From the NCBI GenBank assembly GCA_963842085.1, contig CAWJET010000001.1, positions 2,811,103 to 2,875,102 of the forward strand: a DNA stretch of 64,000 bases. The letters run 5' to 3'. Position numbers and translations under genes: made by a program. The notes under the pieces were generated by a model. The model was not told where the DNA came from and searched no databases. It worked only from the letters and a program-made list of their open reading frames with translations. The stretch is from an uncultured delta proteobacterium. GTDB taxonomy: Bacteria; Desulfobacterota; Binatia; Binatales; Binataceae. Below are positions 1 through 9,068 of this stretch, piece after piece; positions within the stretch are counted from its first letter, which is position 1, and the number at the start of each line of letters is the position of its first letter.

Positions 1-1
1 C

Positions 2-658
2 GTGCTGTTCATCCTGCACGCCGATCACGAGCAGAACTGCTCCGCCAATGCGATGCGCGCGGTGGGCAGCTCGCAGCCCGATCCGTATGCCTGCGCGGCG
101 GCGGCGATCGCCGCGCTTTACGGCCCTCTGCATGGTGGCGCGAACGAAGCCGCCATCCGGATGCTGATGGAAATCGGTTCGGTCTCAAATGTCCCCGCGA
201 TGATCAGGAAGGTGAAAGAGGGCGAGCGCCGGCTGATGGGTTTTGGGCATCGCGTGTACAAGAATTACGATCCGCGCGCGAAGATTCTCAAGGAGATGGC
301 GGCGCAGGTATTCGCGGTGACGGGGCGCAACCCGCTGATCGATATTGCGATCGAGCTGGAACGAATCGCCCTGCAGGACGACTACTTCATCATGCACAAA
401 CTGTATCCCAACGTCGATTTCTACTCGGGGATAATTTACCAGGCGATGGGTTTCCCGATGACGATGTTTCCCGTGCTGTTCGCGATTCCGCGGACTTCGG
501 GATGGATGGCGCAGTGGGCGGAGATGGTGCGCGATTCCGAACAAAAGATCGCCCGCCCGCGTCAGGTTTACGTCGGCGAATCGACCCGGCACTACACCCC
601 GGTAGAATCGCGCCCCAAGCCAACGCAGCGCGAAGATGCGGTGAGCGAAGCAATCTAA
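2..658 (+). CDS. gltA: Citrate synthase, C-terminal fragment (5' end outside window)
   Basis: Translation shows citrate synthase C-terminal motifs ([14 protein letters not shown], acetyl-CoA binding region). The ORF is open to the window edge. Confidence 0.85.
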   Translation: MLFILHADHEQNCSANAMRAVGSSQPDPYACAAAAIAALYGPLHGGANEAAIRMLMEIGSVSNVPAMIRKVKEGERRLMGFGHRVYKNYDPRAKILKEMAAQVFAVTGRNPLIDIAIELERIALQDDYFIMHKLYPNVDFYSGIIYQAMGFPMTMFPVLFAIPRTSGWMAQWAEMVRDSEQKIARPRQVYVGESTRHYTPVESRPKPTQREDAVSEAI

Positions 659-809
659 CGATAGTTAGATAATTTCAAAAGCGTCGCGCGGCCGCTGTTG
701 GCAACTGCGCAATCCAAGGTTGGCCTAAGGCGCAATTCCCTGCTATGAGTAGTGGAGGCGCTTCGATGAACTTCAGGGGCGCCAAATCAAGAAGGACGGC
801 GGTGCTGCG

Positions 810-1973
810 ATGGGAAAAAACGGCGGCAAGCCAGCTGATACCATCCTGACGCTTGAAGAAGCGCTTATGCGCTTCAAGCGCAAGAGGGAAGCTGGCGCAG
901 AAACCAGGAGCGAGGCGGTCCCGGACTCCAACGTCTATCAGGCTGACTTTTCTGCCACGGTCAAGCGTGAGGACCAGGAGATTCCGGCGGGCAGCCTTAA
1001 GGCGGCAGATGACAGCGCGAGTGCGAGTGCTTCCGCTCAGCACGACGAACCGAACGCCGCGATGCCGGCGGGCGAAGATATCGTCGCGGTGATCGAAGGC
1101 ATTCCGCGCACGCTCGAGGAACTCGAGCGAATCGCGGCTGCTGAACAGGCTTACGAGCAGGACTTTCCCGAGACAGCGCTCGTGAGTGCCGAGGTCGAAG
1201 ACGACGCAGAGCTTGGCGCGATGGACGGCGTGGCGCTCGCCGATCGCGGCGCCCTTATTCGCGACTACGCGTTCACCGCGATGGGCACGGCATTGATGGT
1301 GTTGGTCGCGTTCCTGATGACGCGCGTGCCAATCGTCAATAACCGGCCAACGTTGGTCGCGCAGAGCATCGCGACGCCGGCGCTCAAGGCATCCGAGCCG
1401 ATGAGCGCGGAGGACCTGATAGCGACCTGGGTCATAATCCCGGATTCCGACGTGCAACTGGCGTCGGCTTCGCACCGGCTCAAATCCGACGAGCTCGAGG
1501 CCCGGATCAAGGACACGCTCAAATCGGTTGCCTTCCCGGATATCGGCGTATCTGTGTCAAAGCACGGCGACGCGTACCTGGCGGGCGAAGTCTACAGCCT
1601 TGACGAGGCGCGCAGGATCAGCCAAATCGTGCACCGGGTAAACGGTGTGAACCGGGTTCACTTTCTGCATCCCGATGTTCGAGTCCCGGTGGGTCCCGCT
1701 TACTTTGGCGTGACGACGGCGTGGGCCCCCGACGTCTGGGGGGCGAAGGTGCGGGCCGTGTTCATCGGGTCGCCGGCGGACAAGGCCGGCATCCAGCCGG
1801 GCGACGTCATCAGCGAGTTTGACGGCCAGACGATCCCCGATGGGAAAACACTTAGTCATCTGCTCGCGCAGTATTCTCCCGGGCAGCGCGTGCAATTCCG
1901 GGTATGGCATGACGGCCAGCCCGAGTACCTGGTAGCGCGGATGGGCGAGCTGGCGACGGTGGCAAGCCGGTAA
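810..1973 (+). CDS. Membrane protein with acidic N-terminal domain, one TM helix, BON domain and C-terminal PDZ domain
   Basis: A hydrophobic segment (ALMVLVAFLMT) is followed by a BON-like block (LEARIKDTLKSV...VSKHGDAYLAGEVYSLDEARRISQIVHRVNGV) and a PDZ-like block (GIQPGDVISEFDGQTI). Confidence 0.55.
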   Translation: MGKNGGKPADTILTLEEALMRFKRKREAGAETRSEAVPDSNVYQADFSATVKREDQEIPAGSLKAADDSASASASAQHDEPNAAMPAGEDIVAVIEGIPRTLEELERIAAAEQAYEQDFPETALVSAEVEDDAELGAMDGVALADRGALIRDYAFTAMGTALMVLVAFLMTRVPIVNNRPTLVAQSIATPALKASEPMSAEDLIATWVIIPDSDVQLASASHRLKSDELEARIKDTLKSVAFPDIGVSVSKHGDAYLAGEVYSLDEARRISQIVHRVNGVNRVHFLHPDVRVPVGPAYFGVTTAWAPDVWGAKVRAVFIGSPADKAGIQPGDVISEFDGQTIPDGKTLSHLLAQYSPGQRVQFRVWHDGQPEYLVARMGELATVASR

Positions 1974-2033
1974 AGCAGCGGCGCTTTTCTTGTGAGTGAT
2001 TCAGGGGCGGTCTATCGACCGCCCCTTTTCTTG

Positions 2034-2840
2034 TCAGGCGCGCGGGGCGAAGCGCGGCTTGCGCTTCTCCAGGAACGCGCGGGCCCCTTCCTCGATGTAG
2101 CCGGCGCGAACGCAGAGCACCTGGTTGCGATCCTCGATGGCGAGCGCCTGCTCCAGGCTGCCGGCGTCGATGCTCATCGAGAGGCATTCCTTCGTCAGGC
2201 GCAGCCCCAACGGCGAAGTTTCCGTCATCTCGAGCGCCAGCTTGGCCGCCGTCGCCTCGAGCTCCGCATCCGGCACCAATTCCGAAACCAGGCCCGTGGC
2301 GAATGCGCGCTGCGCATTGATGAACCGTCCCGTCAGCATCAGCTCGGACGCAACCGAGCTGCCCACTGCCCGCGGCAGAAAATAGCTGACGCCCATGTCG
2401 CACGCGCTCAGCCCGATGCGGATGAATGCGGCGTTGAAGCGGGCCGACTCACCTGCGATGCGCACGTCGCAGGCGAGCGCCAGTGCAAAGCCGCCGCCCG
2501 CCGCGGGTCCGCGGACCGCCGCGATGAACGGCTGCGGTGCGCGGCGAATCGCGACGACCAGCTCGCTCATCCGGCGCTGGCTTTCCACGGTGTCGGTGGT
2601 TGAAGCGCCCAAACCGGTACCGCCGCGGTTCTGTTCCTTGAGATCGAGCCCGGCGCAAAAAGCGCGTCCCGCACCCTTCATCACGACCACGCGCGTCTCA
2701 GTCTGTGTCGGCAGCCCATGCAGGAAGTCCTCGAGCTCGGCGACCATCTGCGCGCTGAGCGCGTTGAGATTGTGCGGACGGTTAAGTGTCAGCCACACCA
2801 CTGCGCCGTCTCTTTTGATTTCAATATCTTGATATGTCAT
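2034..2840 (-). CDS. Enoyl-CoA hydratase/isomerase (crotonase family)
   Basis: Crotonase motifs are present (MTYQDIEIKRDGAVVWLTLNRP...GAGRAFCAGLDL). The ORF-track N-terminal extension was trimmed to the MTYQD start. Confidence 0.8.
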   Translation of the reverse strand: MTYQDIEIKRDGAVVWLTLNRPHNLNALSAQMVAELEDFLHGLPTQTETRVVVMKGAGRAFCAGLDLKEQNRGGTGLGASTTDTVESQRRMSELVVAIRRAPQPFIAAVRGPAAGGGFALALACDVRIAGESARFNAAFIRIGLSACDMGVSYFLPRAVGSSVASELMLTGRFINAQRAFATGLVSELVPDAELEATAAKLALEMTETSPLGLRLTKECLSMSIDAGSLEQALAIEDRNQVLCVRAGYIEEGARAFLEKRKPRFAPRA

Positions 2841-2966
2841 CGCAAGTCGGCTCCTTGACGCGCGGCATTCTTTTCTTTTGCCCGTCTTTCGCAAACCATA
2901 ACGCAACATGACGCACATTCGCCAAGCCTCTCAACCTCTGACAGGCGTGAATGGTCAGTATTGACT

Positions 2967-2983
2967 TAACCGTGGCACGGTTA
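2967..2983. promoter_or_regulatory. 17-bp perfect palindrome TAACCGTGGCACGGTTA next to a TTGACT hexamer, candidate operator upstream of the HTH gene
   Basis: The palindrome is read directly from the sequence, 95 bp upstream of the 3077 ATG. A second 14-bp palindrome CTCCCCGCGGGGAG (3052-3065) overlaps the GGAGG ribosome-binding site. Confidence 0.3.
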
Positions 2984-3076
2984 GAGGCTGAATATTGGGC
3001 TTTTGTGCGACATCGAGCGATACGGCTCGTTTAAGGGGGAACCGGTAAAATCTCCCCGCGGGGAGGTTGGACTACA

Positions 3077-3322
3077 ATGGCGTCCTCAATGGCATCCTCG
3101 GAAGAAATCCTCACCATCTCGGAGTTGTCGGAGCATCTGCGCGTCCATCCGACTACGATTTACCGGTTGCTCCGCGAAGGACGAATACCCGGCTTCCGCG
3201 TCGGCAGCGCGTGGCGATTCAGCCGTGCGGCGATCGAAATATGGGAGCACGGGCAAATCGATCCAATCGACGAAGATTCCGCGCGCACGCGCAAAGCCAA
3301 AGGCCGCAAGCCTCGCAAGTAG
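3077..3322 (+). CDS. Excisionase-family/MerR-type helix-turn-helix DNA-binding protein (HTH_17)
   Basis: An 81-aa protein with the motif ILTISELSEHLRVHPTTIYRLLREGRIPGFRVGSAWRF, typical of Xis/AlpA-like HTH, and a basic tail. Confidence 0.7.
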   Translation: MASSMASSEEILTISELSEHLRVHPTTIYRLLREGRIPGFRVGSAWRFSRAAIEIWEHGQIDPIDEDSARTRKAKGRKPRK

Positions 3323-3369
3323 CCCGCGCAGTATTCACGGCGCGCTTGTTTTTCTGTCATTCTCGACAG

Positions 3370-4185
3370 GTGGACTCCAACGAAGGCGAGCCCGCGCGGC
3401 ATCGCCCACATTCACAAATAGCAGCGTACTTCGTCCGTTTAGCCGACACTTACGGTGACGGCGCATACTACGGAAATCGGCGGCGCGCAGTGCTCGAGTC
3501 GATCGCGGGCGAAGTGGCGCAGGCGCGCGACGTGCTCGACGTCGGATGCGGCAACGGCGCGTATCTCGCGAACTTTGCGCAGGTGCCTGGAAATCGCCGG
3601 GTGACCGGCGCCGACATGTCAATCGACATGCTGTTGTCAGCGCGCAATCGGGTCGGTGCGAAATGCCGCCTGCTCCGCGCGGACGCGTCGCGACTGCCGT
3701 TCAAGCCGGAGTCGTTCGATTTGGTCTTCGCGAGCCACGTGCTTCAGTTCGTTGCCGATACCGATCTCGATGGCGTCGTGGCGGAGATCGCGCGATGCCT
3801 GCAGCATCCCGGGGTGCTAATCGCGACCGGGCAGCGTGACGACAGCGTTCGGCAGATGCTGAGCGCGATCGTCGGGCCGGAGCGCTGGCGCGAATATCGC
3901 GAGGTAATCTTCCGGCGCGCGCCGCGCCGCGAAGCCGATGCGCGTCCCAAGGATCGCTACCAGCAGGCGTTCGCCAAGGCCGGTCTGCGCGTCGAGGAAC
4001 GTGCCGCGCGGTTTACGGTCACGTGGCCGGATATCGCAGAGTGGATCCGGCTCAGATGGATCGCACTGATCCCCGACGCCGAGCGTGATCGGGCCGATGC
4101 GATGCTGGTGGAACTCGCGAAGGCGGGTGCGCCGCGGAGTTTGACCCTGCACGAGCCGCTGATCCTCGGCCGGCGGGATAGCTGA
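3370..4185 (+). CDS. Class I SAM-dependent methyltransferase (start codon uncertain, GTG at 3370 proposed)
   Basis: Motif I VLDVGCGNGAYL and the downstream methyltransferase fold motifs are present. The upstream part of the ORF-track frame overlaps the HTH gene in another frame and is Arg-rich, so it was trimmed. Confidence 0.65.
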   Translation: MDSNEGEPARHRPHSQIAAYFVRLADTYGDGAYYGNRRRAVLESIAGEVAQARDVLDVGCGNGAYLANFAQVPGNRRVTGADMSIDMLLSARNRVGAKCRLLRADASRLPFKPESFDLVFASHVLQFVADTDLDGVVAEIARCLQHPGVLIATGQRDDSVRQMLSAIVGPERWREYREVIFRRAPRREADARPKDRYQQAFAKAGLRVEERAARFTVTWPDIAEWIRLRWIALIPDAERDRADAMLVELAKAGAPRSLTLHEPLILGRRDS

Positions 4186-4241
4186 GCGCGCGGCCGTTTG
4201 ACAAGCGCGCGGTCAACCTAATACCTAACCCTCAAAAGCAC

Positions 4242-5084
4242 ATGGCGGAGAGTTTCGCGCCGATGCCAACGCAAACGAAATACACCGAGGTTAAGGGATA
4301 CGCGACTTACTATTACTACAGCGGCGCGACGACGCTGCCGGACGTGGTGCCGGACTTCTCGCGCGGCCGCAAAATTTTGTTCGTCCACGGCGCGGGCTCG
4401 AACGGCCACACGTGGCATCGGCAGATCGACGCGTTCGGCGGCAAGCACAGTCCGATCGCGCTCGACCTGCCCGGGCATGGCCGTTCGGCGGGCGTCGAGG
4501 GGCTGCGCACGGTTCACGACTACGCCGATTTCGTCGCCGCGTTTCTCGATGCGCTGAAGATCAAGTCGGCGGTGATACTGGGGCACTCGATGGGCGGCGC
4601 GATCGCGATGGATCTCGCGCTGCGGCATGCCGCGCGCGTCGAGGCCCTGATTCTCAGTTGCACGGCGGCGAAGTTTAACCTCACGCCCGATCGAATCGAG
4701 GCGCTGCGGGCGATCACGATGGGCCGTGCGCCGCAGGCCTTCAACACCGACGGCTACTCGCCCAAGACGGTGAAAGAAAACTTCGACGTCGTGCGCGAAG
4801 GCTGGATGGAGCAAATCAAGACCGACCCGCGCGTGCGCTATACCGACATCCTGGCGTGCTCGCAGGTCGATTTGCGCGACGCAATCGCGAAAATCGACAA
4901 GCCGGCGCTGGTGCTCGCGGGCGCCGACGACAAGGGCACCACGCCGACCGACGCGGAGTTTATCGCGGGCAAAATTCGCGGCGCGACCGCCAGGATTATC
5001 GCGGACGCCGGCCATCTCATCCCGCGCGAGCGTCCCGCCGAGTACAACGCCGCCATCGAACAGTTCATCACCGGACTGAAGTAG
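4242..5084 (+). CDS. Alpha/beta-fold hydrolase
   Basis: Contains an HGAGSNGHTW oxyanion region and a GHSMGG nucleophile elbow. TTGACA (4198-4203) followed by TAATAC forms a promoter-like pair upstream. Confidence 0.8.
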   Translation: MAESFAPMPTQTKYTEVKGYATYYYYSGATTLPDVVPDFSRGRKILFVHGAGSNGHTWHRQIDAFGGKHSPIALDLPGHGRSAGVEGLRTVHDYADFVAAFLDALKIKSAVILGHSMGGAIAMDLALRHAARVEALILSCTAAKFNLTPDRIEALRAITMGRAPQAFNTDGYSPKTVKENFDVVREGWMEQIKTDPRVRYTDILACSQVDLRDAIAKIDKPALVLAGADDKGTTPTDAEFIAGKIRGATARIIADAGHLIPRERPAEYNAAIEQFITGLK

Positions 5085-5093
5085 GAATTCGAG

Positions 5094-6257
5094 ATGAGTT
5101 TAAGCCGCAAGACCGCAGTCGCCGGAGTATTCGAGCATCCCACCCGCTTCGCGCCGGACAAAAGCCTGTTTCAGATAATGGCGGAGAGCGTGCGTGGCGC
5201 GCTGGACGACGCCGGCTTGACGATCAAGGACGTGAACGGGTTGTGCACGACCGGAATCGGCTTGAGTGGGATGGGAATCGTCGGCTTCTGCGACTACCTG
5301 AACCTGACGCCGAACTTCGTTGACTCGACTTCTATAGGCGGGTCGTCGTTCGTCGCGCACACCGCTCACGCCGCCGCCGCGATCCACGCCGGGATGTGCG
5401 ATGTATGCCTCGTGGTCTATGGCTCGACGGCGGCCTCGTCGCGGTTCGCGATTGGCACGGGCGGCGGGGGCGGCGGCGGAGGCGATCCGTGCGACCAGTA
5501 CGAGATTCCGTTCGGCCCGACTACGGTTGGGTCGTACGCGATGGTCGCGCAGCGGCATATGCATGACTACGGCACGACCTCCGAGCAGCTCGCCGAGATA
5601 GCAGTCACGATGCGGCTGCATGCGTCGATGAATCCGGCCGCGAAGTATCGCGACCCGATCACGGTGGAAGATGTGCTCGCGTCGCGAATCATCTCGTCGC
5701 CGCTGCATCTGCTCGATTGCTGCATCATCAGCGACGGCGGTGGCGCGCTGGTGATCACCTCGGCGGAGCGGGCACGCGACCTGAAGAAGAAGCCGGTCTA
5801 CATCCTCGGCACAGGCGAGACGGTGCGGCACGCGGCGCGTGGGCAGCGCGACTTTCTGGAGATCGCGGCGGCGCAATCGGGGCGGCTGGCGTTCGAGCGC
5901 GCGGGCGTAGCGCACAAAGACATCGACATGGCGATGATCTACGACTCGTTTACGATCACCGTGCTGTCCACGCTGGAGAATCTCGGCTTCTGCAAGCGCG
6001 GCGAGGGCGGGACGTTCGTGTCGGGCGGGCGGCTGCGCTTCGACGGCGAGTTTCCGATCAACACCGACGGCGGCGGTCTGTCGTCGAACCATCCAGGGAT
6101 GCGCGGAATCTTCCTGGTGATCGAGGCGACCAGGCAACTGCGCGGCGAATGCGGGCCGCGGCAGGTCAAGGACTGCAAAATCGCGCTCGCGCACGGCACC
6201 GGCGGCACGCTCGGCACCCGGCATTCGGGCGCGACGCTTATCCTCAGCAATCAGTAA
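5094..6257 (+). CDS. Thiolase-fold protein of the SCP-x/Ltp2-like type, lacking the N-terminal nucleophile cysteine (putative retro-aldolase)
   Basis: Thiolase C-terminal motifs are present (NTDGGGLS, HGTGG). At the position where thiolases carry C(A/S)SG the sequence reads SIGGSS, and there is a Gly9 run. Confidence 0.7.
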   Translation: MSLSRKTAVAGVFEHPTRFAPDKSLFQIMAESVRGALDDAGLTIKDVNGLCTTGIGLSGMGIVGFCDYLNLTPNFVDSTSIGGSSFVAHTAHAAAAIHAGMCDVCLVVYGSTAASSRFAIGTGGGGGGGGDPCDQYEIPFGPTTVGSYAMVAQRHMHDYGTTSEQLAEIAVTMRLHASMNPAAKYRDPITVEDVLASRIISSPLHLLDCCIISDGGGALVITSAERARDLKKKPVYILGTGETVRHAARGQRDFLEIAAAQSGRLAFERAGVAHKDIDMAMIYDSFTITVLSTLENLGFCKRGEGGTFVSGGRLRFDGEFPINTDGGGLSSNHPGMRGIFLVIEATRQLRGECGPRQVKDCKIALAHGTGGTLGTRHSGATLILSNQ

Positions 6258-6278
6258 CTCGAGGGCGGACGAAAAATC

Positions 6279-6707
6279 ATGGCGGAACAGACCCCAGCGA
6301 AGAAATACTCGAAGCCACTACCGCATCTCGACGAAGAAAACCGCCCCTGGTGGGAGGCTCTTCAGCGGCACGAACTGTACATCCAGAAATGCCGCAAGTG
6401 CGGCGACGTTCGCTACTATCCGCGCGCGTTATGCACCAACTGCCTGTCGTCGGATACGCAATGGATCAAGTGCAGCGGGCGCGGCAAGCTCTATACCTTC
6501 ACCACGACCTATCAGAACCAGGCGCCGGGCTTTCGCGAATCGCTGCCTTACATCATGGCCTATGTCGAATTGGACGAGGGCGTGAAAATGCTCACGAACA
6601 TTGTCGACTGCGCGCCGGATCAGGTTAAAATAGGCATGCCTGTCGAGGTCGTATACGAGGATGTCACGCCCGCGGTGACGCTCGCGAAATTTCGCCCGGC
6701 GAGGTGA
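6279..6707 (+). CDS. DUF35 zinc-ribbon plus OB-fold protein (partner of SCP-x-type thiolases)
   Basis: A four-cysteine ribbon (CRKCGDVRYYPRALCTNC) is followed by an OB-fold region. It sits 22 bp after the thiolase-fold gene. Confidence 0.75.
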   Translation: MAEQTPAKKYSKPLPHLDEENRPWWEALQRHELYIQKCRKCGDVRYYPRALCTNCLSSDTQWIKCSGRGKLYTFTTTYQNQAPGFRESLPYIMAYVELDEGVKMLTNIVDCAPDQVKIGMPVEVVYEDVTPAVTLAKFRPAR

Positions 6708-6720
6708 GGGCTCAATCCTG

Positions 6721-7404
6721 GTGAGTACAATCCTTGATCTGCACTCGCATAGCGAAGCATCGGAAGACAGCCGCGCACCGGTAGAGGCGTACCTCAACTG
6801 GATCAAGCTGCGTGCGACCGAGCGGCCGGTCGACGGAATCGTCTTGACCGAGCATCGCCAGTTCAATCGCGACGCCGACTACCGCGCGCTCGAGGACAAG
6901 TTCGGCACACTCGTGCTGCGCGCGTCGGAAGTCGAGACCAACTACGGACACATGCTGGTGTTCGGCGTGAACGACGACATGGTCAAGCGATTCGATTTTG
7001 CCGACGTGCGGCTCGACGCGCAGACACTGATCAACGAAGTGGCGCGGATGGGCGGAATCGTCGTCCCGTGTCATCCGGGGCGCCCCAATATCGGGCTCTA
7101 CGAGCATTACCAGAGCAAAGGGCCCCTGGAGAATGTAGTCGCGGTCGAGGCGCTGAACGGCGGATCGCGCAAAGGCGAGGACGAGCGCAGCGCGGAACTG
7201 ATCGCGAAGTACGGGTTTGCCGCGACCGGCGGCTCCGACAGCCACCTGGTCAGCCTGATCGGACTGTGCGCGACGAAGTTCAGCGCCGACATCAAGACGA
7301 TCGACGACCTGGTGCGGGAATTGAAAACCCGCAACTACGAACCGGTCGATTTCCGGCCGCGGCGCAAAGCCGTGCCGCACGCGGTCGCGATGGAAACCAG
7401 GTAA
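6721..7404 (+). CDS. PHP-domain metal-dependent phosphoesterase
   Basis: An N-terminal DLHSHS motif and later His/Asp motifs (TEH, GSDSH) are typical of the PHP family. The gene starts with GTG. Confidence 0.65.
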   Translation: MSTILDLHSHSEASEDSRAPVEAYLNWIKLRATERPVDGIVLTEHRQFNRDADYRALEDKFGTLVLRASEVETNYGHMLVFGVNDDMVKRFDFADVRLDAQTLINEVARMGGIVVPCHPGRPNIGLYEHYQSKGPLENVVAVEALNGGSRKGEDERSAELIAKYGFAATGGSDSHLVSLIGLCATKFSADIKTIDDLVRELKTRNYEPVDFRPRRKAVPHAVAMETR

Positions 7405-7420
7405 TAGCGAGACGATAACG

Positions 7421-7867
7421 ATGGCAGTCGATTACGATCCAGCCCTGATCAACAAGGTCTTCGAAGTGACCGAGCCCGTCGAGGTCAAGGCCGACAAGAT
7501 CAAACGGTACTGCGCGGCGCTTGGCGAGACCAATCCGATCTACACGGACGAGGAAGCGGCGAAGAAGGGGCCGTACGGGGGAATCGTCGCACCGCCGTCG
7601 TTCGCGGTCACGTTTCGCAACGGGCGGCATTTCTTCGAGAACGTGCCGCGCTTCGGACGCCGCGGTTTCGACGCCGGCAAGGACGTCGAGTTCGTGTCGC
7701 CGATAAGGCCGGGCGACAAGGTGACGCTGAGCTCGCACGTGAAGGAAATTTACGAGAAGACCGGACGGACCGGCACGATGGTGTTCGTCGTAATCCGCTC
7801 GACGCTGAAGAACCAGAAGGACGAAGTGCTGGCCCATATCGACCATCGCTTCATGAACCGCACTTGA
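7421..7867 (+). CDS. MaoC-like hot-dog fold protein (N-terminal half of a split hydratase)
   Basis: Hot-dog fold sequence. There is a 4-nt ATGA overlap with the next gene. Confidence 0.7.
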   Translation: MAVDYDPALINKVFEVTEPVEVKADKIKRYCAALGETNPIYTDEEAAKKGPYGGIVAPPSFAVTFRNGRHFFENVPRFGRRGFDAGKDVEFVSPIRPGDKVTLSSHVKEIYEKTGRTGTMVFVVIRSTLKNQKDEVLAHIDHRFMNRT

Positions 7868-8283
7868 ACAGTTTCGAAGAGATCAAGATCGGCGACACGC
7901 TCGGCCCGCTCGAGCTGTTCGTGAGCAAGGATCAGTGCCGCGCGTACGCGAAAACGATGGGCATGGGCGAGGGCGCGGGCCGCTTCACCGACGACGAAGC
8001 GGCGAAGAAAGAAGGGCTGCCCGGGATGATCATTCCGGGCAACATGAGCCTGGGCCTGCTCTCGAAGCTGGTGACGGATTGGATCGGGTCGAACAACGCG
8101 TGGCTGACGCAGATGAGCACGACCTACCGGGTGCCGGTGCAGCCCGATCACACGATCACGATTCACGGCTTTATCACCAACAAGAATCCCGCAGCTCGCA
8201 CCGCCGAGATCGACGTGTGGATAGAGAACGAGGAAGCGGAGCGCCTCGTCACCGGGACCGCAACCGTCGAGTTCAGAAAGTAG
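7864..8283 (+). CDS. MaoC-family (R)-specific enoyl-CoA hydratase
   Basis: MaoC dehydratase motifs are present (DDEAAKKEGLPGMIIPGNMSLGLLS). It is translationally coupled to the preceding hot-dog gene. Confidence 0.75.
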   Translation: MNSFEEIKIGDTLGPLELFVSKDQCRAYAKTMGMGEGAGRFTDDEAAKKEGLPGMIIPGNMSLGLLSKLVTDWIGSNNAWLTQMSTTYRVPVQPDHTITIHGFITNKNPAARTAEIDVWIENEEAERLVTGTATVEFRK

Positions 8284-8299
8284 CCGGCAGGATCGCGCG

Positions 8300-8593
8300 C
8301 TACCGCATCCCCCCTATCAGCAATGGGCCGTGGCCCGGAGTCTGGAGCGGCAGCGCCGGGTTTCTCGGATACGGCGTAGTGTCTTCCTGCATCTCGGGAT
8401 TCGTCGGGGCATTCGATTCCAATCCGTAGGGAGCTGCTCCCAGCGGCTTGGTCTGCGCCATCTGCATACACCACGGGTGCGGATTGCCGGCAGCGCACGC
8501 CTGAACCTGCTGCACGGTCTGATTGCCGGGCGTGCATCCGGTTGCGATCAGCAGGATCGACAGCGCGATTGTGGTCAATGCCAGCTTCTGCAT
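8300..8593 (-). CDS. Small lipoprotein
   Basis: A signal peptide with lipobox LIATGC is followed by a Pro/Gln-rich mature part. Confidence 0.5.
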   Translation of the reverse strand: MQKLALTTIALSILLIATGCTPGNQTVQQVQACAAGNPHPWCMQMAQTKPLGAAPYGLESNAPTNPEMQEDTTPYPRNPALPLQTPGHGPLLIGGMR

Positions 8594-8715
8594 CGGTTCA
8601 CCTTTCTCGACTGGGAACGTCTGTCGGGACCGGCGCGGAGGACTCGGACACGATCACAACTATTAGTGTGCCTGCGAGGACGCAAGCAGGAATTTGCGGC
8701 GAGGGGGGAATTGAT

Positions 8716-9068
8716 TTTAGGGAATTTAACTTTCCGCAGACGAAGCGATCCGCTCTAGAGCCAGAATCAACGGCGGCAAGTCGTGGCTGACGATCTGCCA
8801 TAGGATTTCGAAGTCCACCGAGTCGTAGCCGTGAATCAGCCGGTTGCGCAGTCCTACAATCTGGGCCCACGGTATGTCGCTGAGTGCGCTCGTCCAGCGG
8901 CGTCCTGCTCGCAGCTTCTCCTACGATTTCCAACAATCGGACAAGGGCGAGGTTCAGCATGCGATTGGTGCGGAGATCGTCGCGCGTCTTCCCCTTCGCC
9001 ATCGCAACCGCTTCGCGCGCGTGATCGAGCATGTGCCGAAGTCGCACCACGCTTTCATCGTGCGACAT
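8716..9068 (-). pseudogene. hepT: HepT-family (DUF86) RNase toxin, disrupted by a frameshift
   Basis: The N-terminal half (MLDHAREAVAMAKGKTRDDLRTNRMLNLALVRLLEIVGEAA) is in one frame. The conserved C-terminal half (DIPWAQIVGLRNRLIHGYDSVDFEILWQIVSHDLPPL...ES*) is in the -1 frame. The tracked ORF 8598-9068 runs on as low-complexity read-through. Confidence 0.6.

Noticed and set aside
5100-6224. 374-aa antisense ORF opposite the thiolase-fold gene (similar long antisense ORFs at 14064-15524, 20962-22002, 24071-25306, 27170-28558, 41444-42808, 12128-13117 and 38267-39121)
   Set aside because: All are Arg/Ala/Pro-rich with no motifs, and lie opposite genes with clear conserved domains. They are shadow ORFs produced by GC-rich codon bias.
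8598-8715. C-terminal 118 nt of the tracked HepT ORF (8598-9068)
   Set aside because: After the frameshift point the tracked frame encodes non-conserved low-complexity sequence. The conserved HepT C-terminus is in the -1 frame and terminates at about 8716.
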